Shown here piece after piece: positions 1 to 12,655 of a DNA stretch of 64,000 nt. The translations under genes and the position numbers were made by a program. Source of the DNA: an uncultured bacterium (GTDB lineage Bacteria; Verrucomicrobiota; Verrucomicrobiia; Limisphaerales; UBA8199); assembly GCA_963749495.1 (NCBI GenBank), contig CAVVMW010000018.1, forward strand, positions 352,001 to 416,000, read 5' to 3'. The notes beneath the pieces are model-generated. The model saw only the letters and a program-made list of their open reading frames with translations, did not search any database and was not told the origin of the DNA. How positions within the stretch are numbered: the stretch's first letter is position 1; every line of letters begins with the position of its first letter.

Positions 1-3000
1 AAGCCCGCCCAGTATATTCTCCTGATGAATCCGAACGGCGGCGAAAACCTTCAGCAACAGACGACCTACACCATCCGCTGGCGGTCGGATGGCTTTACAG
101 GCAACGTCCATATCCAGTTCTCCTCCAGCGGCTATTCCGGGCCTTTTGCCGATATTGCCGCCAGCGCCGCCAATACCGGCTCCTACGCCTGGCCGATTGC
201 GTCGGCGGCTTGCCCCGTCTCCGGCCAGTGCGTGATCCGCATCAGCTCCGTCGCCAACGCCTCGATCGCGGACACAAATAACGCCCCCTTCAGCGTGCTG
301 GCTCCCATCACGAAATACTACGTCAACGACGGCGCCTATGATCCGGCCAAGGATCAGTACACCCTTGCTCCCGGCAACGATGCCAACGACGGCCTGACTC
401 CCGGGACACCCAAGGCCACCATCAACGCCATCCTCTCGACCTATAACCTCACTTACGGCGATACCATCTTCGTGGATAGCGGTGTTTACAATCTCGCCAG
501 CAACATTGTCATCGGCAATGCCCATTCCGGGGTCACGATTCAGGGGCCAACCCGGGCGGGCAGTGTCGCCTTGCTCAACCGCGGGAACCCTGCCTCTGGT
601 TCCTATGCCTTCGAAGTGAACGCCGCCCAGGGCGTGACGCTGTCGAACTTGTCGATCACCGGCGCCTACGACGGCGTGTATGTGGATAATGGCTCGAGCG
701 GCTTCACCCTGCAGAACTCGGCCGCCTATGGGAATGTTGACAGCGGGCTTGTCGTTGCGGATGCCCCGAGCGCCAACGCGACGGCCAAGGACAACGTGTT
801 CTACGGAGACCCCTCGGATACCTCCGGCAATCGGCGCCAGACTTATGGGATTTACGGCATGGGGCAGGGCCTGACGCTCCTGCGCAACCTGGCCTGGTCC
901 GACTCCGACACGGGCGTGTATGTGCTGGCGTCGGCCTACGAGGTTTCGGGCTGCGTGGTGCGCGACTGTCCGCGGGGGTTTTATCTGCAGGGCACCGATG
1001 CCGCGGGTAACAGCCAGGCCCACGACAACGTGGCCTATGGGATTGACAACAACGCCTTCGAGGTCCGCGGCTATGGCCAGGTGTATGACAACCAGGCCTA
1101 TGATTCCGATCAGGGCTTTTCAAACTTCGACTCGGCGGTGATTCACGACAATTCGGCCTGGGCCAACCGCATTGGCTTTAATGCGATCGGCGGGACCATT
1201 GCCAACAACCGCGCTTACGGCAATACCGACGGCATCTTTCTCAGCTACTTCTACAGCATAACCGTGACCGGCAACAGGGTTTACAACAACGCCGTGGGCA
1301 TTTATGCCATCACCAACGGGGCCAACAACGTCATCGCCAACAACCTCGTTTACAACGATACCCAAAAGGGCATCTACCTCGACAATGTGCAGACTGACAA
1401 CGGCACCATGACGGTCACCAACAACACGGTGATGGAGTCGAGTTGCAATGCGCTCGAGGTCGCGGGCAACAGCCAGAACGTCACCCTGGAGAACAACATC
1501 CTCTGGGCAGCGGGCAGCGGGAATTACGCGCTCGTGGTCGGCAACCTGGCCCAGCAGGGCTTTGCCAGCGATTACAATGACTTTTACGCCACCAATGGTG
1601 CGAAGCTGGGCTCCTGGCAGAGCGACTTCACGAGCCTGGCGGAGTGGCGTTACGCGCTGGGTCTTGACCAGCACTCGCTTTACGCTAACCCGCAGTTTGT
1701 ATCTCCGGCGGGGCCGGACGGCATCCTGGGCTACCAAAGCAGCGCGGGGTTGAAGTTCGAGTATTTTGGGAACAACAACTTTTCGGGATCGCCGGTGACG
1801 ACGTTGTATGATCGGGCGGTCTCGTTTGAAGAGACCGGGGGCGCCTTCCGGGGCCTGAACGGGCCGAATGACAACCAGAGTTTCCGGTGGACCGGCCAGG
1901 TGTATCTGGCCTCGGTGGGGGTTTATACTTTCGCCATCGACACCTTGAGCGCGCAGCGGTTGACGATTAACGGGACGGTGGTGGTGGATGATTTCACCAA
2001 CCCCTCGGGCAAGGAACAGCAGGGGACTTACACGGCGGCGGCGCCGGGTTGGGTGAGCCTGAAGCTCGAGGTGGTGGACTACAGCGGACCTACGGAGGCA
2101 TATCTGTATTGGGCAACGCCGGGCAACGGGGCGTTGCGGTTGCTGCGGGCGGAAGAAGCGGCAGTCGGAGGTGTGGTCCAGCCAGCCCTGCGCTATGACT
2201 CGGCGCCGGCGTCCACGGGTCTGGACGATGATTTCCATCTGTCCTCGACGGCGGGCAGCTATCATGGCGGGCAGTGGTTGAAGGACGCAGTGGATTCGCC
2301 GCTGATAGATGCGGGAGACCTGAACTCGCCTTACAGCCTGGAGCCCGGCGCCAATGGCGGCCGCACCAATCTCGGGTTCGAGGGCGACACTGCCGAGGCA
2401 TCTCATTCGCCGGCCCAGTTCCTGCAGTTGCTCTCGGCCGACGGGTTCGATAAATTCCGCATGGGTTCTCCGACTCTCATCACTTGGCGCAGCGTCGGCA
2501 TCGACTCATCGGCGCAGATTCAGATCAGCTTGAGCACCGATAACGGTGTGACCTACACTCCGATTGCCCTGACCCCGAACACCGGCGCCTATGCCTGGAA
2601 CCCAGGCGCGCAAACCCTCACCGGCCGCATCAGGCTCAGCTACACGACAACCGGGGGCGGCAGCATCCAGGATGCTTCAAGCAACAGCTTCGTGGTGGGC
2701 GCCGCCGGCCATGTCTATTACGTCAACGACGCCTCGCGCGCGGGTGACCAATACACCACCGCGCCGGGCTCCAATGCGAACACCGGCACGACCCCGGCCG
2801 ATCCCCTGGCCTCGCTGAGCGCCGTGTTTCACACCTATCCACTCCACTCGGGGGATGTTATTTACGTGGATACCGGCCTCTACTCCGAGCCGGCCAACAT
2901 CGTGCTCGGCGCGGCGCAAAGCGGTGTGACGATCCTCGGGCCCACGGGTGCGGGCGCGGTCCTCAACCGCGGCAACTCGTCCGCCGCCTCCTATGCCTTC

Positions 3001-6000
3001 GAGTTGGAGAACGCAGCGACCGTAACGCTGTCGAACCTGTCGATCACGGGCGCCTATGACGGCATCCACGTCGATAGCAGCTCGGCCAACCTCACCGTGG
3101 AAAACTCGGCGGTTTATGGGAACGCCGAATACGGCGTGGTGGTTGACGACAACGCCAGCGCCAGCCCGCTGATCAAGGGCAACCTGTTTTATGGAGACTC
3201 GGACACGGCGGTGTATGTCCGTGCCCCGGCGTATGAGGTCGCAGGCAACGTGGCGCGGGACTGCGGGCGGGGGTTCTACCTGGACGATGCGGACGCGCCA
3301 GTGAACGGCAAGGCCCACGACAACGTGGCCTATGGGATCGACGGCAACGCCTTCGAAGTGCGAGGCTCCGGCCAGGTGTACAACAACCAGGCCTATGATT
3401 CAGGGCGCGGTTTTGTGGTTTATGACTCGGCAGTGGCCCATGACAATTCAGCCTGGGCCGACACCACCGGGTTCTACGGGGTGAGCGGGACCATTGCCAA
3501 CAACCGCGCCTACGGCAACACCAAAGGCATTTGGCTCACCAGCTACATCACGGCGCCGGTCGGGCAGGCGGTGACCGTGACCGGCAACCAGGTTTACAAC
3601 AACGCCATCGGCATTTATTCCGATGCCGATATCGGCAACGACTACATCACAAACAACCTGGTGTACAACGATACCCAGAAGGGCATCTATCTCTACGATG
3701 TGCAGGACGACAACGGCACCATGACGGTGACCAACAACACGGTGATGGAGTTGAGCTGCAACGCGGTCGAAGTTGGCGGCGACAGCCAGAACGTCACCCT
3801 GGAGAACAATATCCTCTGGGCTGGGGGCAGCGGGAATTTTGCGCTCGTGGTTGGCAACCTGGCGCAGCAGGGCTTTGCCAGCGACTACAATGACTTTTAC
3901 TGCACGAGCGGCGCGAAGCTTGGGTCCTGGCAGAACGCCTTCACCACCCTGGCAGACTGGCGTTATGAGCTCGGGTTTGACTGGCACTCGCTCTACGCCA
4001 ACCCGCAGTTTGTGTCGCCAGCGGGGCCGGACGGCATCCTGGGCTACCAGAGCGGCGCCGGGTTGAAGTTCGAATACTTTGGCAACAACAGCTTTTCTGG
4101 CAGGCGGCGGCGACATTATACGACCGCGCCGTGGACTTCGGCCCGAGTTCAGGTACGTTCCGGGATCTGAACGGGCCGGAGAACAATCAGAGTTTCCGCT
4201 GGACCGGGCAGGTGTATTTGGCCTCGGCGGGGGTTTATACTTTTGCCATCAACACGCTGAGCGCACAGCGGTTGACCATCAACGGGACTGTGGTGGTGGA
4301 TGATTTCACCAATCCGTCCAAGACGCAGCAGCAGGGGACCTACGCCGCTACGTCGCCGGGTTGGGTGAGTCTGAAGCTGGAGGTCGTGAGCTACAGCGGG
4401 CCATCCGAGGCATATCTGTATTGGGCGACACCCGGCAACCAGACGTTGCGGTTGTTGCGGGCGGAAGAAACGGCGGTCGGAGGGGTGGCACAGCAGGTCC
4501 TGCGATATTCCTCGGCGGCGATGTCGCGGGGTTTGGACGATGATTTCCATCTGTCCTCGACGGCGGGGAGTTATCACGGCGGGCAGTGGTTGAGCGACGC
4601 TGTGGATTCGCCGCTGATAGATGCGGGAGACCTGAGCTCGCCTTACAATCTGGAACCCGGGGCCAATGGCAATCGCATTAACCTCGGCTTCGAGGGCGAC
4701 ACGCCGCAGGCCTCCAAATCGCACAGCATCCTGGTGCAGTTGCTCTCCTTCACCGGAGACCAAAAGGTCCTTCAAGGACAACCCTCGGTCATCCAATGGC
4801 GCACCATCGGGTTCCAGGCCGGGGACCTGCTCACGATACAATTCTCGAGTGACAACGGTGCAACGTTTACGACCCTGGGGACCCCGAGCGCCAATGCCGG
4901 CACCTTTGCCTGGACCCCAACCGTAGTTACGCTCTTGGGCCTGATTCGCCTGTCCAGCCCGAATCACGCCGGCGTCTCGGATGTTTCGCACACCACCTTT
5001 GTCGTTGGACACGCAACGAATGCCTTCTACGTCAATGACAACTCGCTGGTGGGCAACCAGTACACAACCGCCCTGGGCAACAATGCCAACAGCGGCGCCA
5101 CGCCGGGCGATCCCATGGCCTCGCTCAATGCGGTCTTGGCCGTCTATAAACCCGGAGCCGGAGACACGGTCTATGTGGACAGCGGCGTTTACAATCTGCC
5201 GACCAACGTGGAAATTACCGCCGCGGATTCCGGGGTCGTGATCGTGGGACCCACCTCGGGCGCGAACCTGGGGCCAGGCTATCAGGCGGTGACGCTGAGC
5301 GATTCGCCACTGGCCTATTATCAATTTGGCGAGGCCGCTGGCAGCGCAACCGCGGTGGATTCCTCAGGCCATCGTCTTGACGCAACCTACGTGGGAGGCG
5401 TTGCCTTGGGGAGCGCCGGCGCTGTCCTCGGCGACAAGAACACGGCCGCCAGCCTCGACGGCTCCACAGGCTATGTTCAACTGCCGGCGGGCTTCAGCAA
5501 TTGCTCCAATGGAATCACCCTCGAGGCCTGGGTTTACCCAACCGCCCTCAATTCCTCGCCGCATTTGTTCGACCTCGGCAATGGAGCGGCCAGTGACAAT
5601 ATCGTGCTCGAGGAGAACGGCCCGAATGGCGGCCTGCGTCTTCAGGTGTATAACGGATCATCCCCCGGCAACTCCGTGACCAGCTCCGGCGGGGCGCTGG
5701 CATTGAACCAGTGGCAGTTCATTGCCGTCACCATCGGGCGCGATGGCTCGGCCGTGATCTACAAGAACGGCCGGCCCATCAGCAGCGGCACGATCGAGGC
5801 CCCTGACAGCGTGCTCCGCGCGGACAACTATGTGGGCAAGAGCAACTGGCCGACTGACGCCACGTTTGCCGGCGGCCTCGACGAGGCCGCTGTGTTCCTC
5901 ACAGCCCTCGCCCCGGAGCAAATCGCCACACAATACTACACCGCCGTATCGCAGGGGGCCATCTTGAGCCGCGGAAACACCGGCACCAACCGCGATGCCA

Positions 6001-9000
6001 TCGAGCTGAACGGCGCCAATAATGTGACCATCAGCAACCTGCAGTTGGCCGGCGCCAACCAGGGGTTCTCGGCATCCAATGCCACCGGCATCACACTGGC
6101 CAAGAACGTCGCTTTCAACAACGCCACCTGCGGCTTCTATGTGGACAGCACTGTCCAGAATGCGGTCCTCACCGGCAACATCGCCTACGGCACCACGGGC
6201 GACACTAATACGGAGCAGGACACTGACTTCCATCTTCGCGGCGGGAACCTGACCGTGGATGGGAACACTGCCTACCGCATCGGTTCCCAGTTCGGGTCCG
6301 GCATCTTCATTGACGACTCGGTGAGCACGGTCACCCTGAGTCACAACCTGGTTTACAACAACAGCGACGGGGTGACGGCCTATGTGTCGCAGGCCGCTAT
6401 CTTTGGCAACGAGGTCCGCAACAATGAGCGAGGCATGCTCGTCAGCGCTTACGACAACTCGCAGCGCACCCTGATCTATCAGAACAACGTGCATGACAAC
6501 GGCACCGGCCTGGTCCTGGAGTCCAACACCGAGGCCTATGGCAACACGAGCGCCGCCAACACCGGCGCGGGCATTTACCTCGATGATCATGCTGGAGACA
6601 ACACCTGGGTCCACGGCAACTACTCGGTGAACAACGGAACAGGGATCGAAGCGGAAACGGGGCGGATTTATCAGAACCGTGTGGCTGGCAACAGCGGCGA
6701 TGGCCTCCTGCTGGACTCCGGTTCCGTTTATGCCAGTGGCAATATCGTCTATGGCAGCAGCGTCGGCATCGAAGTGGACGGTGAAGGCGCCGGTGGCACC
6801 CAGTTGGCCGACAACCTGGTCTATCAAAACGCTCATCAGGCCATTTATGTCCATGACGTGCAACGGACCGACCCCGTGAGCATCATCAATAATACCGTCG
6901 ATCACGATACGGGCAGCGCCGTCCGCATCGAGAACAATGCCGTGGCGGTGCGCCTCTACAATAACATCATCGTCATTGGCGGCGGCCTGGGCGTCGAACT
7001 CATCGGCGATGCCAACGGCTTCGACAGCGACTACAACGACATCTTCCCGGCGCATTCCGGCGCCGCGGTCGGCAAGTACCAAGACCAGAATGCCGCCAAT
7101 ACGCTGGCCGCCTGGCAGGCTGCCTCGGGTGGCGACGCCCACAGCGTTTCGGCCGACCCGCTCTTCATTGCCCCCAGCGGCGCGGATCATCTCTTGGGAT
7201 GGGCGCAGCCCGACGCCCGAAGCCACTTCGCGGATTACGGCCGGGACGACAACTTCCACCTCGGTGCGCACTCGCCGGCGATTGACTCGGCCAACAGCAA
7301 CGTGGCGCCGAGCGTTGACGCTGAAGGCAATGCCCCGTTCGACAACATGGGCGCGTTCGAATTCACCGGCTCCAGCTCGGACGTTGTCCCGCCCGTGGTC
7401 ACTGGCATCACCCCTGTGGGCGCCACCGGCAACAACCTCAGCAACGCCCGGTTCAGTTCGCTGACCATCCATTTCAGCAAACCCTTGGATCCCATCAGCG
7501 CACAAAGTCCAGCCTTGTATTCGCTGGTCGAGGCCGGCCCCGACGGCGTTTTGGGCACTGCGGATGATGTGAGCGTGGCCATCGCCGGCATCAGCTATGT
7601 GCCCGGCAGCCAGGATGTCACCTTGAGTTTTGGCAGCCAATTGCCGACGGGCCTTTATCGCTTGACCCTGATCAGCGGCCCGACCGGGGCGATTGTTGAT
7701 CTCTCCGGAAATGCCTTGGATGGTGACGGCAACGGCGTCGCCGGCGGCAATTTCGTCCGCGACTTCCGGCTCGACCTCACCGCCCCGGTCGTTGGCTCGG
7801 TCAACCCCGCGGGCTCCGTGAGCGTTGGCCCAACAAAGCTCACCGTCAGTTTCCAGGAAGACCTGCAAATGAACGCGGGCACGGTGGCGAACCCCGCCAA
7901 CTACGGCCTGATTTCTACCACTCAGGATGCCCTCGGCAACACTCAGGATGTCGATGTCTCTGCCCGAATCACCGGGGTGAGCTACGATCCGGCCAGCATG
8001 ACTGCAACGCTGACCCTGTCCGGTCCGCTCCCGGCGGGGCGCTACCGGCTCATCGTCCGCTCGACCATCACCGATCAAGCCGGCAATCCCCTCGACAACG
8101 GGGTCAATTACTCCACTTCCCTGGGCGTCGGCGCCCCTGCACTTTCGCCCATCAGCGGCCTGTCCGTTTATGCGGGCACGCCCTTGACGTTCACCGCTGC
8201 CGCCACGGATCCGAACAGCGCGGCCGCGCTCAACTTCGGTTTGGGCCTGGGCGCGCCCGGCGGCGCTAGGATGACCACCGGCGGCGTGTTCACCTGGACA
8301 CCCACCGCCGCCCAGGCCGGCTCGGACTATAACATCCGGATCCTGGTGTCCGATCATAACAATCCGGCGCTGACCGATGCCGAAACCGTCGCGATCACGG
8401 TGCTTGCCAACCCTGCGCCCGTGGTGCAATCCGTTGTCGTCAACGACGGTTCTGCGCAACGCTCCTGGATCAAGAGCCTGACACTCCAGTTCAGCGACAA
8501 CGTCTCGGCCAGTCTCAGCCTGGCCAGCCTGAGTTTGGTCAACCTGATGACCAACACGACCATCGCTGCCTCGAGCATGAACCTGAGCTATGCCACGACG
8601 AGCAACCAGGCGGTGCTGACCTTCCCGGGCCTGCCGGGCCAGAAACTGCCCGACGGCAATTATCGTCTGACGGTGTTGGCCGCCGGAGTCACCGGCCCTC
8701 ACGGCACACACTTGGCGGCCGATTACACCTTCGACTGCTTCGTCCTGACCGGTGACGTGAACGGCGACGGCAAGGTGAACGCGGATGACCTGGCGCTGGT
8801 GTGGGCCGAGTTGTCGAAGCCGCCGGCCGCCCGGAATCTGGACTATGATCTGAATGGCGACGGGCAGGTGACCGCGGCGGACCTGGCTGTGATCAAATCC
8901 CACTACCTGGCCACCCAGCCACTTCCGCCGGCGTTGATTTTGGCCACGACCGTCAATGATGGGCAGATGCAGCGTTCACGTGTTTTCGACATCATCCTGC

Positions 9001-9740
9001 AATTCAGCGAGGACGTCTCGGCCAGCCTCTCCGTCTCGGACCTGGCGTTGACCAACCTGGATACCCATGCCGCCGTCACCGGTTTCTCCGTGGCCTTCGA
9101 TGCCAGCACCTGCCAGGCGACGGTGACGTTCCCCGGCCTGTCCAATCAGCAGGTTCCCGACGGCAATTACGAGTTGGTCGTGAAGGGCGCGGGGGTGGCC
9201 AATAGCCAGGGCCAACCGATGGCCGGCGACTATCATTTGAGGTTCTTCGCCCTCACCGGCGACGTCAATGGCGACCGTGTGGTGAATAACGCGGACTTGA
9301 TGCTCATGTGGCAGCAGTTGCAGAAGCCTGCGGCTGACCGGGATCTGAACTTCGATGTGAATGGAGACGGCCAGGTCACCGCGGCGGATCTGGCGGTGGT
9401 CAAAGCCCACTACCTGGCCTCGCTGCCAGCGGCGCCCGGTTTGGGGCTGGACTTGACCCCCGGCTCTGTCCAGGCAGGCCTCGGGCCCGCCAGTCAGACG
9501 ACTTCCCAGGCGAATGGGCTCTGCCTTCGCGGGGGCGGTCTCTGGCGCGCGCCCGGCTTGAAGGCCGCGCCGCTGCCTACGATGGACGTGGCTGGTCCTC
9601 AGCCCTGCGGAGGCGGTGCCTGGACGGATGATTCCCTGGCCCCCTCGCCAATGGCTGCAGCCGAAGCCCAAGCCCCTGAGGATATTCTCGGCGGGAAGCT
9701 ATGGGTGGACTGGATTCAAAAACAAAGGCACGCTCTATGA
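1..9740 (+). CDS. Giant secreted protein, 5'-truncated by the window: repeated Ig-like/right-handed beta-helix/PA14 modules, LamG domain, Ig-like domains and two C-terminal dockerin-like domains; one frameshift at ~4104 joins ORFs 25..4170 and 4131..9740
   Basis: Frame is open from base 1 (KPAQYILLMNPNGGE). NN-rich PbH1-type repeats; PA14-like 'FRWTGQVYLAS.GVYTF' twice; LamG-like 'ITLEAWVYP...QWQFIAVT...GGLDEAAVF'; dockerin-like 'GDVNGDGKVNADDL...DLNGDGQVTAADL' at ~8751-8906 and ~9258-9413. Module 1 reads NNNFSGSPVTTLYDRAV; module 2 gives the equivalent ..ATLYDRAV only if one base is restored at ~4104. Confidence 0.85.
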
Positions 9741-10546
9741 ACGCCCTGAACTCCAAGACCCGCAAATGGCTTTTACTGGCCGTGATCCTGCTCTTGGCCG
9801 GGTCCGGACTCTCGCAGGGCCAGTCCGTTGCGGTCACGATGAGCCTGGATACAAACCAATTGGCTGTCGGCCAAACGACAAAGCTTCACGTGCTCGCCCA
9901 GGTTATTCCCGGTCTGCAGCCCAGTTCCGCGCAGATCTTCTCGTGGTGTGTTGATGTCCTTAATACCAACGGCGCCGTGGCCAGCGCGAATTACGGCGCC
10001 ATGCTCAAGACCGCCTCGGACAATGACCCGCAGACCTCCTCCACCGGCACTGCCGACGGCCCCAATCGCCGCGGCATCTATGACACCTTCCTCAACCTGC
10101 CCGGCGCCGGAGTCACCAACGCGGTCGAACTCATGTCAATCCCCGTCACCGGCGCAGCGGGCGGCACCACCCGGTTTCTGACCCAGGCCGGGACCGGCGT
10201 GCCCATGGATTCGGATTTCCTGGTATTTCCGAATGATGGAGGCGATTTCTATACGGGCGGGGATTACAGCGCGGCAGTTGCGGATCTGACAGTGATCGGT
10301 TCGGCGCCGCCGAGCACGCTCAGACTCAAAATCGCCCGCCTCGCCAACAATGGCCGTCCGGGCGGGACACTGCAGTTGACGTTTACCCCCTCCGCCGGCT
10401 ACACCTACACCGTCGAGTCTCTGGCGGCCTTCGGTAAGACGAACTCCTGGCAGGCCCTGCCAGGCGCACCCCACAATTCCGGCACCGTTATCGTCACCAA
10501 CACAGGCCGTGCCAGTTTCTACCGCGTCCACGCCACGTCGCCTTGA
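9737..10546 (+). CDS. Secreted protein with a cohesin-like beta-sandwich and a C-terminal 'FYRV' domain
   Basis: ATGA overlap with the upstream stop; signal peptide MNALNSKTRKWLLLAVILLLAGSGLSQG; 'LAVGQTTKLHV...ELMSIPVTGAAGGTTRF' has a cohesin-like pattern; ends LQLTF..YTVES..W..FYRVHATSP. Confidence 0.65.
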   Translation: MNALNSKTRKWLLLAVILLLAGSGLSQGQSVAVTMSLDTNQLAVGQTTKLHVLAQVIPGLQPSSAQIFSWCVDVLNTNGAVASANYGAMLKTASDNDPQTSSTGTADGPNRRGIYDTFLNLPGAGVTNAVELMSIPVTGAAGGTTRFLTQAGTGVPMDSDFLVFPNDGGDFYTGGDYSAAVADLTVIGSAPPSTLRLKIARLANNGRPGGTLQLTFTPSAGYTYTVESLAAFGKTNSWQALPGAPHNSGTVIVTNTGRASFYRVHATSP

Positions 10547-10770
10547 GCCATGCCAAATCCAGGCCGGCAAAGGAGGGGGGCAGAATGACTCTTCAACTGC
10601 AAACCCGCTTTCCTTCGGGGCGCCGGACAAGAGAGTAACCTCGGTTGAAGCGACCAAGGCAGGCGTGGTTTCTTCCCTTCTGTGATTCTATCTATGCGGA
10701 TGCAACCGCAATGAAATGGGGCTGCCCCAATGCCGGCCAACCCCACCCGGGATCGATGAGCGGCTTTCTT

Positions 10771-11003
10771 TTCCGCGTATTCCGCGTATTCCGCGGTTGC
10801 ATTCAGTTCCCATGGCCGTATCGGCCTCGCTCCGCCACGACGCGCTCAATTTGCACCTTCGGATAATGGCCAAAGTTGACCAACAGCCCGAGCTTGAACC
10901 TGGTCGCCTTGAGGTAGTTTTAAATCAGATTGGTTTTCATGGTGGCCGAGGCTAGCAAAGCGCCGAAGAAGAATGAACCGCGGAATACGCGGAATACGCG
11001 TAA
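10771..11003. repeat. 28-bp inverted repeat pair built from 9-mer tandem units, flanking a GxxExxY remnant
   Basis: ttccgcgtattccgcgtattccgcggtt (10771-10798) and aaccgcggaatacgcggaatacgcgtaa (10976-11003), 27/28 complementary. Confidence 0.9.
10803..10940 (-). pseudogene. GxxExxY-family protein remnant (internal deletion and stop)
   Basis: Reads MKTNLI*NYLKATRFKLGLLVNFGHYPKVQIERVV; NYLKAT..LGLLVNFG is the typical C-terminus of GxxExxY proteins. Absent from the ORF track. Confidence 0.75.
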
Positions 11004-11078
11004 ATGAACAGGTCTAATGGTTACTATTTTGTCCCGCGCTCTTTCCTTCGGCCAGAGCTTGCGTTAGATTGACCCTCG

Positions 11079-11369
11079 ATGATCACCTTGCGAACACTCA
11101 CCGAGCGGCGGGCTGACATTATCCGGTTGGCCGAACGGCACCGCGCCGGCGACGCGCGTGTATTTGGCTCGGTCGTGCGCGGGGAAAATACCGAAGCCAG
11201 CGACGTGGACCTGCTCATCACCACGCGGCCCGGGTGTTCGTTGCTCGACTTGGGCGGCTTGCTGGCGGACTTGGAGGACCTGCTGCACTGCCGCGTGGAT
11301 CTTGTGACCGACGACGGCCTTAAGCCGCGCCTGCGTGAACGCGTCCTCCGCGAAGCCGTTCCGCTATGA
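11079..11369 (+). CDS. Minimal nucleotidyltransferase (MntA-type antitoxin)
   Basis: 96 aa, 'RVFGSVVRGE...SDVDLL...LEDLLHCRVDLVT' motif. Confidence 0.9.
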   Translation: MITLRTLTERRADIIRLAERHRAGDARVFGSVVRGENTEASDVDLLITTRPGCSLLDLGGLLADLEDLLHCRVDLVTDDGLKPRLRERVLREAVPL

Positions 11370-11507
11370 GGGCCTTCCGCGAAGACATTCTGGTGCATGA
11401 TTATTTTCGCATCAACCACGAGATCGTTCTGGGAAACGGTGGTCGAGCACGTGCCCGCGTTGAAGGAGCAGATTGCTCGAATTCTCAGCCAATTCGCCCC
11501 CGATTAA
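11366..11507 (+). pseudogene. HEPN/DUF86 (HepT-type) toxin remnant
   Basis: ATGA-coupled to the MNT gene; only the C-terminal part remains ('FREDILVHDYFRINHEIV', then after a frameshift 'WETVVEHVPALKEQIARIL'). Confidence 0.75.
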
Positions 11508-11542
11508 CCGCCCTTTTCAGCACTGCTCAGCTCCGCAGGCCA

Positions 11543-11900
11543 TTACGGTGGACGAATGCGGTAGAGGCGCGTCGGATAGCGGGTCCACTCCGGGTCGCTG
11601 AAGCGAAGCGGCGTGCCAGTAATGGTGGTGCTTTCCAAGGGAACCCATGCGCCGGCGGCGAGGTCCGCGCAGGCTTCGACCACGACGGGGTGCCTGGTGC
11701 CCCGGTGATGTCGAAACCGAATTGGCCGTTCCGCAGGCCAAGATACTGGGGCGCCGGGTTCCACGGGAGGGCCGGGCGACCACAGAAAGTCGCGCCCCAG
11801 CCCGTGGTGCCAGGCAGTTAATAGACGGTTGGGTTGGGGCCTGCGGCGAAGCCAATGGAGTCGGCGATTGGGGCATTACCCATGAACACCAGGCTGACGA
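11543..11900 (-). pseudogene. 3' remnant of a BspA-like leucine-rich-repeat surface protein with a C-terminal FYR-type domain
   Basis: 'VFMGNAP...TVYYLPGTTGWGATFCGRP...WNP...NGQFGFDITG', then after a frameshift 'VVVEACADL...W.PL...FSDPEWTRYPTRLYRIRPP'. Confidence 0.65.
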
Positions 11901-12264
11901 GGCTAGCCTGGATTTCCACGGAAAACAGTTCGCCTAACACTGGTGCCCGAACAGGGCGGTCTTTGGCCATGCCCCCACACCCCTCGTACGCCTGCCCGCG
12001 CTGTAATAGCGGCCTGTTTCGCCCTCTCCTCCCGTGGCTTTGTTTCGAGCACCAGCTTCCAGAAGGTTAATTAAATAGTGCTCTGATATTTATTGTTGAT
12101 GATTTATACTTGTTTATGTCCCGAAAGCTGCTTCGCCGGTGCCGCCTCACAGCATCCCCAACAAGCCCTGATTTTACGACCAATGTGACGATCCATCCCT
12201 CCACAACCCGTTGCGGCAACAATTCGCGCTTGACACCATTCCTTGTATATGACATGCTATATTC

Positions 12265-12650
12265 ATGGTTTTCAGAAAACCATTTGCGCTCACGGACCCA
12301 CGCGCCTTCTTCCTCGAACCCGCGGTGCCCAAGCACCGCCAATATGAGGCCCTGCGCGCCTACTTCGTCGAGGGCCGCCCCTCCCATGAGGTTGCCCGCG
12401 CCTTCGGCTACTCCCCAGCCTCCTTCCGCGTCCTGTGCTACAGCTTCTGCCACGACCCGCAGCCCGCCTTCTTCCTCACCACCCGCCCCGGCCCCCGGAC
12501 TCAACCCAAGAAGACGGCCGCCCACTCGCTCATCATCGCCCTGCGCAAGCAGAACCACTCGGTCTATGAAATCAGCGCAACGCTCAAAGCCCAAAAGCTC
12601 CTCTTGAGCCCCACCGCCGTACGCGAGGTCCTCAAGGCCCAGGGGGCTTC
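12265..12650 (+). mobile_element. Truncated transposase, N-terminal HTH region only
   Basis: 'HRQYEALRAYFVEGRPSHEVARAFGYSPASFRVLC...RPGP...IIALRKQNHSVYEIS...TAVREVLKAQG'; recognisable similarity ends just before the inverted repeat at 12656; no catalytic domain. Confidence 0.65.
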
Positions 12651-12655
12651 GCCCG

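Noticed and set aside
5658..8903. Long antisense ORFs (also 13105..15288, 15378..17087, 40977..45857, 59607..61967, 62971..63996)
   Set aside because: Shadow frames of well-supported GC-rich genes on the opposite strand, with no motifs of their own.
10560..10700. c-di-GMP or other riboswitch (also GGCAAAC motifs at ~28436 and ~54013)
   Set aside because: The remaining conserved elements and pairings could not be found by eye; an Rfam scan would be needed.
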